NCBI GenBank assembly: GCA_024763085.1
Contig: JANTGE010000001.1
Coordinates: 1-44,396 of the forward strand
DNA length: 44,396 bases
Reading direction: 5' to 3'
DNA from: Acidimicrobiia bacterium
GTDB lineage: Bacteria; Actinomycetota; Acidimicrobiia; Spongiisociales; UBA4744
The translations under genes and the position numbers were made by a program. Positions 33,035 to 44,396 of the stretch are shown piece after piece. Each line of letters opens with the position of its first letter. The stretch's first letter is position 1. Below the pieces are notes generated by a model. The model had not been told where the DNA came from. It ran no database searches and saw nothing but the letters and a program-made list of their open reading frames with translations.

Positions 33035-33369
33035 CTCCGTGACTTGCAGTCGACGCACAGCACCGACTCGGGTCGGGCTTCGAGCCGTGCTTCTGAGATC
33101 GGTTTGCCGCAGGAGTCGCACACCCCGTAGGTCCCCTCCTCGATCTTTGCCAGCGCTCGGTCGATCATCTTGACCTGGCCGGCAAGTGAGCGGGCAAGTC
33201 CGATCACTTCGGTGCGCTCTGCCGTGGCCGCGCCCGCATCTGCGAACGAGTCGGAAAACTCGAGGTCTGACCTCAACTCGCCACCCTCGGTCGCGCCGAG
33301 CTCTTCGAGCTGGTGACACAGCGCGGCGCGTTCGTCCTGCAGTGTCTTGCGGATGGCGTCGAGGTTCAT
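33031..33369 (-). CDS. TraR/DksA family C4 zinc-finger protein
   Basis: Coiled-coil N-terminus, then CDSCGKPI..(x17)..CVDC. Confidence 0.8.
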   Translation of the reverse strand: MNLDAIRKTLQDERAALCHQLEELGATEGGELRSDLEFSDSFADAGAATAERTEVIGLARSLAGQVKMIDRALAKIEEGTYGVCDSCGKPISEARLEARPESVLCVDCKSRS

Positions 33370-34256
33370 GGTTGTCTACTCCGGGGATGGGACGTGATGT
33401 ACACCTCATAGAGATGTTGGGGGGAAACCCTGGTGTACACCTGCGTGGTGGAGATACTAGCGTGCCCGAGCAGTTCCTGGACGGTTCTCAGATCGGCACC
33501 ACCTTCGACCATGTGGGTGGCTGCCGAGTGTCGCAACACGTGAGGAGAGAGCCGCTGATCTTCCAGGCCGGCCCGGCGGCCCTGCCGTCGCACGATGAAC
33601 CACACTCCTTGCCTGGTCAGGGGCTTCCCTCTCGCATTGAGGAACACCGCCCCGGGATCCGGACGGTCCCCCTTGAGTCGGAGCCGATCCGGCAGATACC
33701 CGGCGAGGGCCTCGACGGCGAACCCTCCGAGCGGCACTCTTCGCTGCTTCGACCCTTTCCCTGTGACGGTGGCGATGCGGTCTTCCAGGTCGAGGTCTTG
33801 GAGTTGCAGAGCCGTCGCTTCGGACACCCGAGCTCCGGTCGCGTAGAGGAACTCGAGCAACGCCCGATCCCGGCGCCCCAGTGGGACCGTTCCATCCGGG
33901 GCTTCCAGCAGCCGAAACACCTCGGCGACGGTCAGCGCTTTTGGCAGCGAGCGTGCGAGACGGGGACTGTCGAGCAACACCGTCGGATCCTGGTCGGTGA
34001 GGTGCTCGGCAACCAGGAACCGGTGCAGGCCTTTGATCGCTGCCACCCTTCGCGCCACGGTCGACGCCGCCAGACCGGCCGCGTAGAGCTCTGCCACGTA
34101 GCCGACGAGCCTGCCCGCCGTCGGCAGGGTGTCTCCCATCGCATCGGCATACGCGGTGAGGTCCCGACGGTAGGCGTCGATCGTGTTGGCGGCGAGACCG
34201 CGTTCCACCGCCAACGATGCGAGGTACTCGTCGATGCCTTCCCGGAGGCTGGTCAT
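33366..34256 (-). CDS. xerD: site-specific tyrosine recombinase XerD
   Basis: N-terminal SAM-like domain (YLASLAVERGLAANTIDAYRRDL) and the catalytic R..HxxR..Y set (ATGARVSE, HVLRHSAATH, LGHASISTTQVYT). It sits in the conserved position next to the pyrG/NUDIX genes. Confidence 0.88.
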   Translation of the reverse strand: MTSLREGIDEYLASLAVERGLAANTIDAYRRDLTAYADAMGDTLPTAGRLVGYVAELYAAGLAASTVARRVAAIKGLHRFLVAEHLTDQDPTVLLDSPRLARSLPKALTVAEVFRLLEAPDGTVPLGRRDRALLEFLYATGARVSEATALQLQDLDLEDRIATVTGKGSKQRRVPLGGFAVEALAGYLPDRLRLKGDRPDPGAVFLNARGKPLTRQGVWFIVRRQGRRAGLEDQRLSPHVLRHSAATHMVEGGADLRTVQELLGHASISTTQVYTRVSPQHLYEVYITSHPRSRQP

Positions 34257-35376
34257 CCGGTCCAGGCGGCCACCGCGGCGATCGGGTCGCTTGCCGCGAC
34301 GCCAAGCGACTTGCCAACGGCCTCGTTCACGATGCTCGACCCGACGACGTTCAAACCGGGCACCAGCTCGGGATGGGTCACGATGGCTTGGGCAAGACCC
34401 TCATCCGCGATGGCTTCGGCATATCGCAACGTCGCGTTGGTCAGGGCATAGGTCGAGGTGTGGGGAACGGCCCCTGGGATGTTTCCCACGGCGTAGTGAA
34501 CGACATCGTGGACGACGTAGGTTGGTTCCGCATGGGTGGTCTCGCGACTCGTCGCAAAGCACCCGCCCTGGTCGATGGCAACGTCGACCATGACTGCCCC
34601 ACGTTTCATGCCTTTGACCATCTCTTCGGTAACGATCTTGGGGGCAGAGGCTCCCGGCACCAGCACTGCTCCGATGACGAGGTCGGCATCTGCGATTTGC
34701 TCTTCAACCGTCAGGCGGTTCGAGGCGAGGGTGAGGATCTTCCCTCGGAACAGATCGTCGATACGTTGCAGCTTCCGGACGTCTTTGTCGAGCACGACAA
34801 CTCGCGCCTCCATGCCGGCGGCGATGGTCGCCGCGTTGGAACCTGCCGTACCGGCGCCGATCACCACGACCTTGCCCGGCATGACTCCTGGCACGCCGCC
34901 GAGGAGTACGCCACGGCCCCCGTGTGCCTTTTCGAGGAAGTAGGCACCCGCCTGCGTGGCCATCCGGCCTGCGACTTCGGACATTGGTGCGAGCAGTGGC
35001 AGGCTGCCGTCGGGGAGCTCCACCGTCTCATAGGCGATCGCGGCGACGCCGCGGTCGAGAAGAGCCTTGGCGAGCTTCGGATAGGCGGCCAGGTGCAGGT
35101 AGGTGAAGAGGATCTGGCCAGGTCGGAGCATGGGGACCTCGGTCGCCTGCGGCTCCTTCACCTTCATGATCATGTCTGCGACTTGGAACACGTCGGCTGC
35201 CGTCGCCAGGATCTCGGCTCCCTGGGCACGGAACTCCTCGTCGTGAATCGTTGACCCTTCCCCGGCACCACTCTCGATGACCACCCTGTGGCCGTGAGCG
35301 ACCAGTTCCCGTACTCCGATCGGGGTGGCGGCCACCCGATGTTCGCCCGGCTTGATCTCGCGGGGTACGCCGATGA

Positions 35377-35380
<4 letters not shown>
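34253..35380 (-). CDS. ald: alanine dehydrogenase
   Basis: Contains MIIGVPREIKPGEHRVA and VVVIGAGTAGSNAA (NAD fold), and has a full-length AlaDH layout. Confidence 0.95.
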
Positions 35381-37559
<2,179 letters not shown>

Positions 37560-37561
37560 TC

Positions 37562-37567
37562 AGCGTA
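37562..37567 (-). promoter_or_regulatory. putative -10 hexamer TACGCT, 8 nt upstream of the pyrG GTG
   Basis: Minus sense reads TACGCT-GACATTCC-GTG, inside the 39-nt recN-pyrG gap. No SD is present. Confidence 0.3.
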
Positions 37568-37592
37568 GCAGCCCCCCTGCGAGATGCGAGAC

Positions 37593-39170
37593 TTAGCCCT
37601 TTCCAGCCAGATTCAGCAGCTCGATCGCGTGCTCGCGCCCCGGGTCGGAATCGGGAAGACCTGCGAGCATCCTGGACAGTTCCTCCGTCCTGGCATCTCG
37701 CTCGATCCGTTCCACCCAGGCATGTGCCCCGGAACGTCTCACGACCAGGTGCACGTCGGCGAACGCCGCCACCTGCGGCAGATGGGTGACGCACAGCACC
37801 TGCCGGCCTGCCGACAGTGCCGCCAGTTTCCTCCCCAGCGCCAATGCGGTCTCTCCTCCGATTCCGGCATCGATCTCGTCGAACACCAGGATCGGCACGT
37901 CCGGTCTGCCACCGGCCAGGCGAAGGGCCAGAACGAGCCGGCTCAACTCTCCGCCCGACGCGAGCTTCCTTGCATCTCCTTCGCCCAAACGTTTGTCGGA
38001 GGCGAACCGAAGAGAGAAGACGTCGTCACCATCCGTGTAGGAGGTCGGGCCGGCTACGTCGATCTCCAGGACTGCCCGCCCGAGTCCGAGCGCGTCAAGA
38101 TGCTCTCGAGCCGTTGCTGCAATCCGACGTGCCGCCGCGAGCCGCGCTTCACGGCGAGCCGTGCCTGCCTCCTCGAGTCTTCTCGTCGCCGCAGCGATGG
38201 CACCGTCGAGCTCGTCGGCGTGTTCCAACAAGGACTCGAGTCGGGTCAGTTCCGTCTGTGCGTTCTCGGCAAACTCGAGAACCTCGGCGACGGAGGCTCC
38301 ATATTTCCGCTGCAGGTCGCGCAGCTCGGCAATACGTCGCTCGGTCGCTTCCAGCAGGTCCGGGTCGTGAGAGATACCTTCCATCCAAGCTCTCACTTCC
38401 CCGAGAACTTCGGCAAGCAACGCGGCGGCGTCCGCCGCCGTGCGATGCCCGATCGTCGGGTCCAACCGCCCGGCTCTCCGCAACAGGTCGAGCGCACTGC
38501 CTGCGGCGTCCCGTGCCGTCTCGAGGGACTGATGCGCCAGTCCGAGGATCTCGACGATCTCTTCGGCATTTCTGAGCCTCGACACATCGACCTGGAGACG
38601 CTCTTCGTCGCCCGGAGCGAAACCTGCCCGTCGGATCTCCCCCACCTGGTAGGCGAGCAGGTCCTGCCTTCGTTCCAGCACACGCCGGTCGCCTCCGATC
38701 GCCTGCAGATCGCCTCTTAGCCGTTCATACTCGGCCCTCGCCTCGTCGAACGCGGCGAGGACCTGCGGAGCGAGGTGCGGGTCGACGAGTCTGCGCAGCG
38801 TCTCCGAGTTCGCGATACGCATCCGCTCGTCTTGAGCGACAATGTCGACGAGGGGCCCGACCCGTTCCTCGAGCACCTTGGCGGGCACCATCGATCCGTC
38901 GAAGTACGCACGGCTTTTGCCACCTCCTACCCGTCGCGACGCCACGTGTTCGTCTCCGTCGACCAGCAACCTCGCTTCCACGGTCGCTTCCTCGCCAGAC
39001 GGGCCGACGATCTGAGGGTCCGCTCGACGCCCCGTCAACAGCCGGATGGCTCCGAGCAGCAGGGTCTTGCCGGCGCCGGTTTCGCCGGTGATGGCGACCA
39101 GGCCCGGTGCCAATTCGACGTCGGAGGCGTCGAGCACTCCGAGATTCCGAACGGCGAGTTCGTCGATCAT
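37593..39170 (-). CDS. recN: DNA repair protein RecN
   Basis: N-terminal Walker A (ITGETGAGKT), a long coiled coil, and the C-terminal ASGGELSR signature plus LVFDEIDAGIGG. Confidence 0.93.
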   Translation of the reverse strand: MIDELAVRNLGVLDASDVELAPGLVAITGETGAGKTLLLGAIRLLTGRRADPQIVGPSGEEATVEARLLVDGDEHVASRRVGGGKSRAYFDGSMVPAKVLEERVGPLVDIVAQDERMRIANSETLRRLVDPHLAPQVLAAFDEARAEYERLRGDLQAIGGDRRVLERRQDLLAYQVGEIRRAGFAPGDEERLQVDVSRLRNAEEIVEILGLAHQSLETARDAAGSALDLLRRAGRLDPTIGHRTAADAAALLAEVLGEVRAWMEGISHDPDLLEATERRIAELRDLQRKYGASVAEVLEFAENAQTELTRLESLLEHADELDGAIAAATRRLEEAGTARREARLAAARRIAATAREHLDALGLGRAVLEIDVAGPTSYTDGDDVFSLRFASDKRLGEGDARKLASGGELSRLVLALRLAGGRPDVPILVFDEIDAGIGGETALALGRKLAALSAGRQVLCVTHLPQVAAFADVHLVVRRSGAHAWVERIERDARTEELSRMLAGLPDSDPGREHAIELLNLAGKG

Positions 39171-39178
39171 CCCGGCGT

Positions 39179-39976
39179 CTAACCTTCGACGAAGCGGCGG
39201 TCTTCGTCCAGGTGAAACTTCTCTTTCACCCTGGCAGGAAACGAGCGACCGGACGTGTCCAGGAAGCGGATCCTTCCGGACCCACGTTGAATGTCGACAC
39301 CGCTGTCTGCCCGCACCACGCCGAGCTTGCGACCGTCGACCGTGACGGCCACGGGACGGTCAGCGACGACGGTACAGCGGATGTGGGCCTCCGGGTGGAG
39401 CACCAGCGACTTGGAGAACAGAGAGTGGGGTGCCACAGGCGTGAGAATGAGCGCGGCGACTTCGGGATCGACGAGTGGACCGCCTGCTGACAAGTTGTAG
39501 GCGGTGGACCCGGTCGGTGTGGCAAAGACCAGACCGTCGGCGTGGTAGTTCACGAACGGTTCCCCGTCGACATGGACCTCCACCGAAACCAGGCTCTGTC
39601 CGTTCGTCTTTTCGATGACAACGTCATTGATGCCGACGTCGAGCGCTCCGCTGTCGAGCCGAGCCTGGACGGTCATCCGTTCGGAAATGCGGTAGGCGCC
39701 TTTCGCGAGCCGGTCGAGCGCGGCGTCGAGACCGGCCGGCTCCACGTCGGCAAGGAATCCCTTTCTGCCGACGTTCACGCCAAGCAGGGGGAGGTCGCGT
39801 TCCAGTGCCCGCCTCGCCGCCCGCAGCACGGTGCCGTCACCACCTACGGCGATGATCGCATCGGCTTCGATGTCTTCGGTCACGTCGATGCCACGCGCCC
39901 GACAGCCGGCACGCACCCGGTCCGCGACGGTGACCGCCTGGGGCCGGGTTTCGTGCACCACCAGTGCCACGTTCAT
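39179..39976 (-). CDS. nadK: NAD kinase
   Basis: Contains the GGDGT motif (IIAVGGDGTVLRAAR) and TPTGSTAYNLSAGGP. Confidence 0.92.
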   Translation of the reverse strand: MNVALVVHETRPQAVTVADRVRAGCRARGIDVTEDIEADAIIAVGGDGTVLRAARRALERDLPLLGVNVGRKGFLADVEPAGLDAALDRLAKGAYRISERMTVQARLDSGALDVGINDVVIEKTNGQSLVSVEVHVDGEPFVNYHADGLVFATPTGSTAYNLSAGGPLVDPEVAALILTPVAPHSLFSKSLVLHPEAHIRCTVVADRPVAVTVDGRKLGVVRADSGVDIQRGSGRIRFLDTSGRSFPARVKEKFHLDEDRRFVEG

Positions 39977-40722
39977 CTCGTCACCGCCTCAATCTCCTCT
40001 TCGGCTACCTGCACGGGTCCTGGTACGGCCCAGAGTAGGAATTCGACATTGCCGGATGCCCCGGTGATCGGCGACCTCATGATCCCACAGGTCCCCATCC
40101 CGGCCGACGCCAAACACGCTGTGACCCGGTGCAGCACATCCCGATGCACGGCTGCGTCCCGCACGATACCGCCTTTGCCGACCTGGCCTCTACCTGCTTC
40201 GAACTGCGGCTTGACGAGCGACACCAGCGTTCCGTTCGACCCGGCCAACTCCGCCAGACGGTCGGCGACCGTACACAGGGAAATGAACGACAGGTCCGCT
40301 ACGACCAGGTCGAACGGGCCGCCGAGTTCGCCGGCGTCCACATGGCGAACGTTGGTCCGCTCGACCACGGTCACCCGGTCGTCCTGCCGAAGCTTCCAGT
40401 GGAGTTGCCCGTACCCGACATCGACGGCCACGATCTCGGCGGCACCGTGCTGGAGGAGGCAGTCGGTGAACCCTCCGGTAGAGGCGCCGACGTCCACGCA
40501 GCGCTTTCCTGCAACCTCGATTTCGAAGGTTTCGAGCGCGGCAGCAAGTTTGTCACCACCGCGCGACACGAACCGGCGCACCGGTCCTACGACTTTGATC
40601 GAGACCTGCTCGTCGACACGGGTGGCCGGTTTGGGCGTCGGTACCCCGCCAACTTCAACGAGACCCCGGGCGATCGCCTCCTGCGCGTCGGTTCGCGACG
40701 GAAAGAGGGACCGCCGCACCAA
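39973..40722 (-). CDS. tlyA: TlyA family rRNA (cytidine-2'-O)-methyltransferase
   Basis: N-terminal S4-like domain (LVRRSLFPSRTDAQEAI) and the SAM motif CVDVGASTGGFTDCLL. The start is TTG 40722 or GTG 40719, preceded by SD AGGAG. Confidence 0.9.
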   Translation of the reverse strand: MVRRSLFPSRTDAQEAIARGLVEVGGVPTPKPATRVDEQVSIKVVGPVRRFVSRGGDKLAAALETFEIEVAGKRCVDVGASTGGFTDCLLQHGAAEIVAVDVGYGQLHWKLRQDDRVTVVERTNVRHVDAGELGGPFDLVVADLSFISLCTVADRLAELAGSNGTLVSLVKPQFEAGRGQVGKGGIVRDAAVHRDVLHRVTACLASAGMGTCGIMRSPITGASGNVEFLLWAVPGPVQVAEEEIEAVTR

Positions 40723-40745
40723 CTCCTGGTCGAGCCTCCGCAGCG

Positions 40746-40883
40746 TCAGAGATCCCTGCTTTCTTCCAGGAATGAGGCGAGGAGCTCCGCGAGCTCTTCG
40801 GCGAGAGCGGTGGCGTCGACCGGGTCGGCGGCGGCCAGCTGCTCGAGCAGATCAGGTAGGCGTGTGTCTTCCATCGGTGCCAT
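40746..40883 (-). CDS. small acidic hypothetical protein (45 aa; 42 aa if started at ATG 40874)
   Basis: Below the ORF-track size cut-off, so found by hand: MAPMEDTRLPDLLEQLAAADPVDATALAEELAELLASFLEESRDL. It lies directly upstream of tlyA, where mycobacterial genomes also carry a small conserved ORF. Confidence 0.4.
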   Translation of the reverse strand: MAPMEDTRLPDLLEQLAAADPVDATALAEELAELLASFLEESRDL

Positions 40884-40909
40884 TATGGCTGAGAACAAGG
40901 ACAGGAACC

Positions 40910-41641
40910 ATGATCCCGATTCGAGACGCCAATCCGTCGCTGACCACCCCGGTCGTGACGTGGCTGATCATCCTCGTGGCTTCGGCCGTGTTCTTCCTCA
41001 TCGAGCCAAGGTCTCCCGACGCAGCCAACGAGTTCGTCTATCACTACGCGGCCATCCCGTGCGAGCTGACGACCGGCATGCCGCTCGACCAGGGAGACGT
41101 TGCGGCCTGCTCGGCCGTCCCCGACCCGCCCCCGTTCTTCCCGGACAAAGACGTTGCCCTCTCCGTGGTGATTTCCATGTTCCTGCACGCCAACCTGGCA
41201 CACCTGTTGGGGAACATGTGGTCGCTGTGGATCTTCGGCAACAACGTAGAGGATGCCTTCGGCAAGTTGGGTTACCTGTTGCTCTACTTCGGCTCTGGAG
41301 CCGTGGCGACGGGGGCGTTTGTGCTGACCAACCCGGCATCGTTGACGCCACTCGTAGGAGCTTCTGGGGCCATAGCCGGCGTCATGGGAGCCTATCTGGT
41401 GCTCTATCCGGATGCGCAGGTCGTGACCATCGTTCCAATCTTCTTCTTCCTGCCGTTTGTGCTGCCGGCGTCCCTGTTCCTCATCCTCTGGTTCGTGGGT
41501 CAGTTCTTCATCGGGGACAGCGGGGTCGCCTGGCAGGCACACGTCGGCGGGTTCCTGTTCGGAGCGGTGGTCACCGCGCTCCTGAGGCCCTTTCTGCTCG
41601 CCAGGCTGCGCCGGCGGCGCCGCGCGCTCCGCTACGTCTGA
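40910..41641 (+). CDS. rhomboid family intramembrane serine protease
   Basis: The C-terminal 243 aa of ORF 39542..41641 begin at MIPIRDANPS. Contains FLHANLAHLLGNMWSLWIFG (HxxxN) and the catalytic GASGAIAG. Confidence 0.9.
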   Translation: MIPIRDANPSLTTPVVTWLIILVASAVFFLIEPRSPDAANEFVYHYAAIPCELTTGMPLDQGDVAACSAVPDPPPFFPDKDVALSVVISMFLHANLAHLLGNMWSLWIFGNNVEDAFGKLGYLLLYFGSGAVATGAFVLTNPASLTPLVGASGAIAGVMGAYLVLYPDAQVVTIVPIFFFLPFVLPASLFLILWFVGQFFIGDSGVAWQAHVGGFLFGAVVTALLRPFLLARLRRRRRALRYV

Positions 41642-42420
41642 AACAGACGGGGCAGGTCGGCGATCGAGTCGAGCACGACATCCGGCCGGTGGGCGTCCGG
41701 CACCTCGGTTGCATCGTTCACAACTCCGGTCAAGACGAGCACCCCGAGCCACCCGGCGGCACGGGCCAAAGCCAGGTCCGTCTCCGGTCGATCACCAACC
41801 ACGACGGTCCGTCCCGGCCTCAGCCGTTCGACGATGAGACGCCGCATCGGGGCGTGCGGCTTCCCGGCGACGACGGGAGCCACACCCGACGCGGCTTCCA
41901 CAGCGGCAACAAGAGCGCCGGCCCCGGGATGCAAACCGGCCTGGTCAGGAAACGTCACGTCGGTGTTCGTAGCGACGAAGGCGGCGCCGCTTCTGATGAA
42001 GGCCGCTGCCTTGTGGAGCTTCTCATAGGTGAAATCTCGGTCGAGGCCAACCACGACGGCTTCTGCGTCCTCGTCCGTTTGGGGAACGCCGCGGCCGGCG
42101 AGCGCGGCCACGATCCCTTCCTCACCGACCACATAGGTACCGGGTCGTCCGGCGGCCAGATGCAGAGCCGCAGCTTCGGCCGAGCCAACTACCTGATCTG
42201 GGTCGGCGGCGAAGGCGGTGAGTTCCCGTATCCGACGTGCGGTCTGGTGTGGAGTCCGCGTCGAGTTGTTGGTGGCGAAGAGCACATGCACACCGCGTTC
42301 GACGAGCGCTCTCAAGGCATCGCCTGCTCCGGGAATCGGATGGGCGCCCCGGTACACGACCCCGTCGAGATCGCACACGACGTTGCCGATCTCGCCCCAG
42401 TCGGCTACAACTTCGCTCAT
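41632..42420 (-). CDS. HAD-IIA family hydrolase
   Basis: ORF 41632..42480 is trimmed to MSEVVADWGEIGNVVCDLDGVVYRG (DxDG motif I), followed by ATNNSTRT. SD AAGGGA lies 7 nt upstream. Confidence 0.85.
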   Translation of the reverse strand: MSEVVADWGEIGNVVCDLDGVVYRGAHPIPGAGDALRALVERGVHVLFATNNSTRTPHQTARRIRELTAFAADPDQVVGSAEAAALHLAAGRPGTYVVGEEGIVAALAGRGVPQTDEDAEAVVVGLDRDFTYEKLHKAAAFIRSGAAFVATNTDVTFPDQAGLHPGAGALVAAVEAASGVAPVVAGKPHAPMRRLIVERLRPGRTVVVGDRPETDLALARAAGWLGVLVLTGVVNDATEVPDAHRPDVVLDSIADLPRLFQT

Positions 42421-43540
42421 GCTGCATCCCTTTCGCGGTTTGCTCTTCAGGCCGGACTTCGACCCTGCCGTGGTAACCACGCCACCCTACGACATGATCG
42501 AAGGCCCGGACACATACCGGAGGCTATCGCCCTACAACATGACCCATGTGCTGCTTCCCGATTCGGTGACCGACGCGTCTGACGTCCTCGATGCCTGGGA
42601 GCATGGAGGTGTCCTGCTGCGAGACCGGACGCCACGCTTCTACCGCTACACCATCGTGCATGCCGACGGCGTCGCGATCGGAATCGTCGGCCTCCTCGAC
42701 GTCGTACCGTTCGGAGAGCGTGTCGTGGGTCACGAGGAAACGATGCCTGACGTAGGCACCGACCGACGCGACCTGCTGAAGGCAACCCGGGCAAATCTGG
42801 ATCTGATCGTCGTGCTGTCTCCGGCGCCAGAGCTCTCCTCGATGCTCCACACGGACGGCAGGACCCGGATTGACTTCACCGACTCCGACGGTGTTCGACA
42901 CATCCTGTCCGACCTGGACCTCGATCCTGAAGCGGTCGCCGGTGCCGTCGCTGCCCATCCAGTCGCGATCGCCGACGGGCACCATCGCTACGGAGCCGCA
43001 CAGCAGCTCCTGCGACAGAGCGGCGACCCGGTCGCCCGACGCATCCTGGCATTCGTCGCCCCCGCCGAGCATTCCGGCTTCGATGTTGAACCGATTCACC
43101 GATTCGCACCCTCCGTGCGCCTCGGAGCTCTGGACGATGCCTTTGTCGTCGAACCGTCAGAGGTACGCATACCTTCTGAACCGGGCGTCATCGTGCTGGC
43201 AACCGCTGAAGCAACGTGGACCCTTCGGCCCCGCCTGGAACTCCTCGAAGAGGACCATCCGGCGCTGGCGGCCGCCTCCACCCATGTGGCCCGCCGGCTC
43301 CTCTATCCGCTCCTCGGAGTCGATGAGCAGACCGTTGAATTCTCCCCGTACGCCGACGAAGTGGTGCAGCGCGCGACGAGGTCGCCTGGCGGCGCCGCGA
43401 TGTTGATGGCGGCGGTACCGGAGTGGGCTATCGCCGCCGCAGCCGAAGCCGGCCTGCGGTTCCCGCACAAGACCACGCTCTTCGTTCCCAAACCCCGCGC
43501 CGGCCTCATCATCCGTCGGTTCGCAGCAGATCTCGAATGA
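42419..43540 (+). CDS. DUF1015 domain-containing protein
   Basis: ORF 42218..43540 is trimmed to MLHPFRGLLFRP..VVTTPPYDMI, the family-typical N-terminus. IADGHHRY is present. Confidence 0.85.
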   Translation: MLHPFRGLLFRPDFDPAVVTTPPYDMIEGPDTYRRLSPYNMTHVLLPDSVTDASDVLDAWEHGGVLLRDRTPRFYRYTIVHADGVAIGIVGLLDVVPFGERVVGHEETMPDVGTDRRDLLKATRANLDLIVVLSPAPELSSMLHTDGRTRIDFTDSDGVRHILSDLDLDPEAVAGAVAAHPVAIADGHHRYGAAQQLLRQSGDPVARRILAFVAPAEHSGFDVEPIHRFAPSVRLGALDDAFVVEPSEVRIPSEPGVIVLATAEATWTLRPRLELLEEDHPALAAASTHVARRLLYPLLGVDEQTVEFSPYADEVVQRATRSPGGAAMLMAAVPEWAIAAAAEAGLRFPHKTTLFVPKPRAGLIIRRFAADLE

Positions 43541-43919
43541 GGGAATCCATGGTCGGGGTGAGCGGTAGGTCCAGCGCCTCGTCCAGGAGCACCCATCGAA
43601 CCTCGGCGGCATCATCAGCCGCCTCTGGTTCGCCGCCGGTCACGCGGCCTGCGAAATCGACGAGCACGTAGTGCCACGCAGGGGGTTTGCCGGGACCGAT
43701 CGTCTCTCCTACCCATACGACCTCACCCACTTCCACCTCGAGGCCCGTCTCCTCTTCGACCTCGCGGCGGGCGGCGTCGCGCATGCGTTCGCCGTAGGCG
43801 ACCTTGCCTCCGGGCACCGCCCAGCGTCCTTCGTAGACGCCGCGACCTCGCCGCACCAGCAGGATCCTGCCGTCTTCGACGATGACCACACCGACGCCGG
43901 GAGTGGGCCGCTCAGTCAC
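43509..43919 (-). CDS. NUDIX hydrolase
   Basis: Nudix box GGKVAYGERMRDAARREVEEETGL. Confidence 0.85.
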   Translation of the reverse strand: MTERPTPGVGVVIVEDGRILLVRRGRGVYEGRWAVPGGKVAYGERMRDAARREVEEETGLEVEVGEVVWVGETIGPGKPPAWHYVLVDFAGRVTGGEPEAADDAAEVRWVLLDEALDLPLTPTMDSLIRDLLRTDG

Positions 43920-44388
43920 GGTGAAGGATGATCGAGCGTGCTTTGAACCCTCCGGCTTCGAAGAAGTTCTTCGCCTGACGGTGCCCCGGCAGCACCCTGG
44001 CGTCGAACCTTCGAATCCCCTCGCTGCTCAGTCGGTCGATGATCGTGTCCCGAAGGCGTTCGCCTACGCCGACGCCCCGCGCCTCCGGTTCGACGAAGAT
44101 AAGGTCGATCGCTCCGATGTGCTCCCCTTCCGCCTGCGGCAACAGCGGTGCTCGACGGGCGAGCAAGAACCCAACCGTGGTGCCTTCCATCTCGGCAACG
44201 AGCAGGGTCGTTCCGGGGTCCTCGAGCGCTTCGGCGAAAGCAACGTCGATCGGTTCGGCAAGCCCGTCGGCAAGAGCCCACACCGGGCGGAGTGCCACCA
44301 TCTCGGTCTCCAAGAGACGGTAGAGACGTACCAGGTCGCCCCTATCTGCCTTCGTCGCTGTCCTCACTTCGATGTTCATCATCGCCAA
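43912..44388 (-). CDS. GNAT family N-acetyltransferase
   Basis: Acetyl-CoA-binding core IFVEPEARGVGVGERL. The gene overlaps the downstream NUDIX start by 8 nt. Confidence 0.8.
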   Translation of the reverse strand: MAMMNIEVRTATKADRGDLVRLYRLLETEMVALRPVWALADGLAEPIDVAFAEALEDPGTTLLVAEMEGTTVGFLLARRAPLLPQAEGEHIGAIDLIFVEPEARGVGVGERLRDTIIDRLSSEGIRRFDARVLPGHRQAKNFFEAGGFKARSIILHRD

Positions 44389-44396
44389 AGCCTTTC

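Noticed and set aside
33366-34256. Tyrosine recombinase as a mobile-element integrase
   Set aside because: It has the XerD-type N-terminal domain. It sits in the conserved pyrG-NUDIX-xerD housekeeping position and is translationally coupled on both sides, so it is the chromosome dimer resolvase rather than a mobile-element gene.
39542-40909. N-terminal 456 aa of the 699-aa ORF that ends as the rhomboid protease
   Set aside because: This part runs antisense through nadK, tlyA and the small ORF and has off-frame composition. The rhomboid family body begins at ATG 40910, preceded by an SD-like AAGGACAGGA.
43509-44388. GNAT plus overlapping small downstream gene as a GNAT-type toxin-antitoxin pair
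   Set aside because: The partner is a canonical NUDIX hydrolase rather than an RHH/HTH antitoxin, and it lies downstream rather than upstream of the GNAT. No TA hallmarks are present.

Overview
High-G+C, very gene-dense core chromosomal segment with about 50 CDS and one tRNA. All but six CDS are on the minus strand. Gene order resembles two conserved actinobacterial housekeeping neighbourhoods. One is gcvH / FHA (GarA-like) / MerR / DUF151 nuclease / MerR next to glycine-cleavage genes. The other is HAD / small ORF / tlyA / nadK / recN / pyrG / NUDIX / xerD ... scpA / scpB / rluB / cmk / der. The split GcvPA/GcvPB suggests a deep-branching actinobacterium, possibly Acidimicrobiia-like; this is a guess. 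Between the two blocks lie a five-gene peptide-type ABC importer, tRNA-Pro(GGG) and a thiolase-fold/DUF35 pair. I found no CRISPR array, rRNA, transposase, phage or integrative element, and no long repeat. I could not identify a clear-cut novel multi-gene system; the region looks ordinary. The observations most worth follow-up are: (1) a thiolase-fold protein that seems to lack the nucleophilic Cys, paired with a DUF35-like protein whose zinc ribbon has degenerated; (2) an AroA-Cmk fusion with a very short AroA N-terminus; (3) a GarA-like FHA protein carrying an N-terminal zinc ribbon; (4) an RCK-gated channel with a non-canonical TVGFSE filter; (5) two genes with no canonical start codon where an SD-preceded CTG overlaps the upstream stop; (6) unusual expression architecture, namely many TANNNT hexamers 5-8 nt from start codons (leaderless geometry), divergent genes sharing a CATG at their start codons, ten consecutive 4-nt stop/start overlaps, and several convergent 3' overlaps. 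Start codons were chosen by hand from family N-termini, SD and overlap context, so they are less certain than the gene calls. The many long antisense ORFs in the track are high-GC artefacts.
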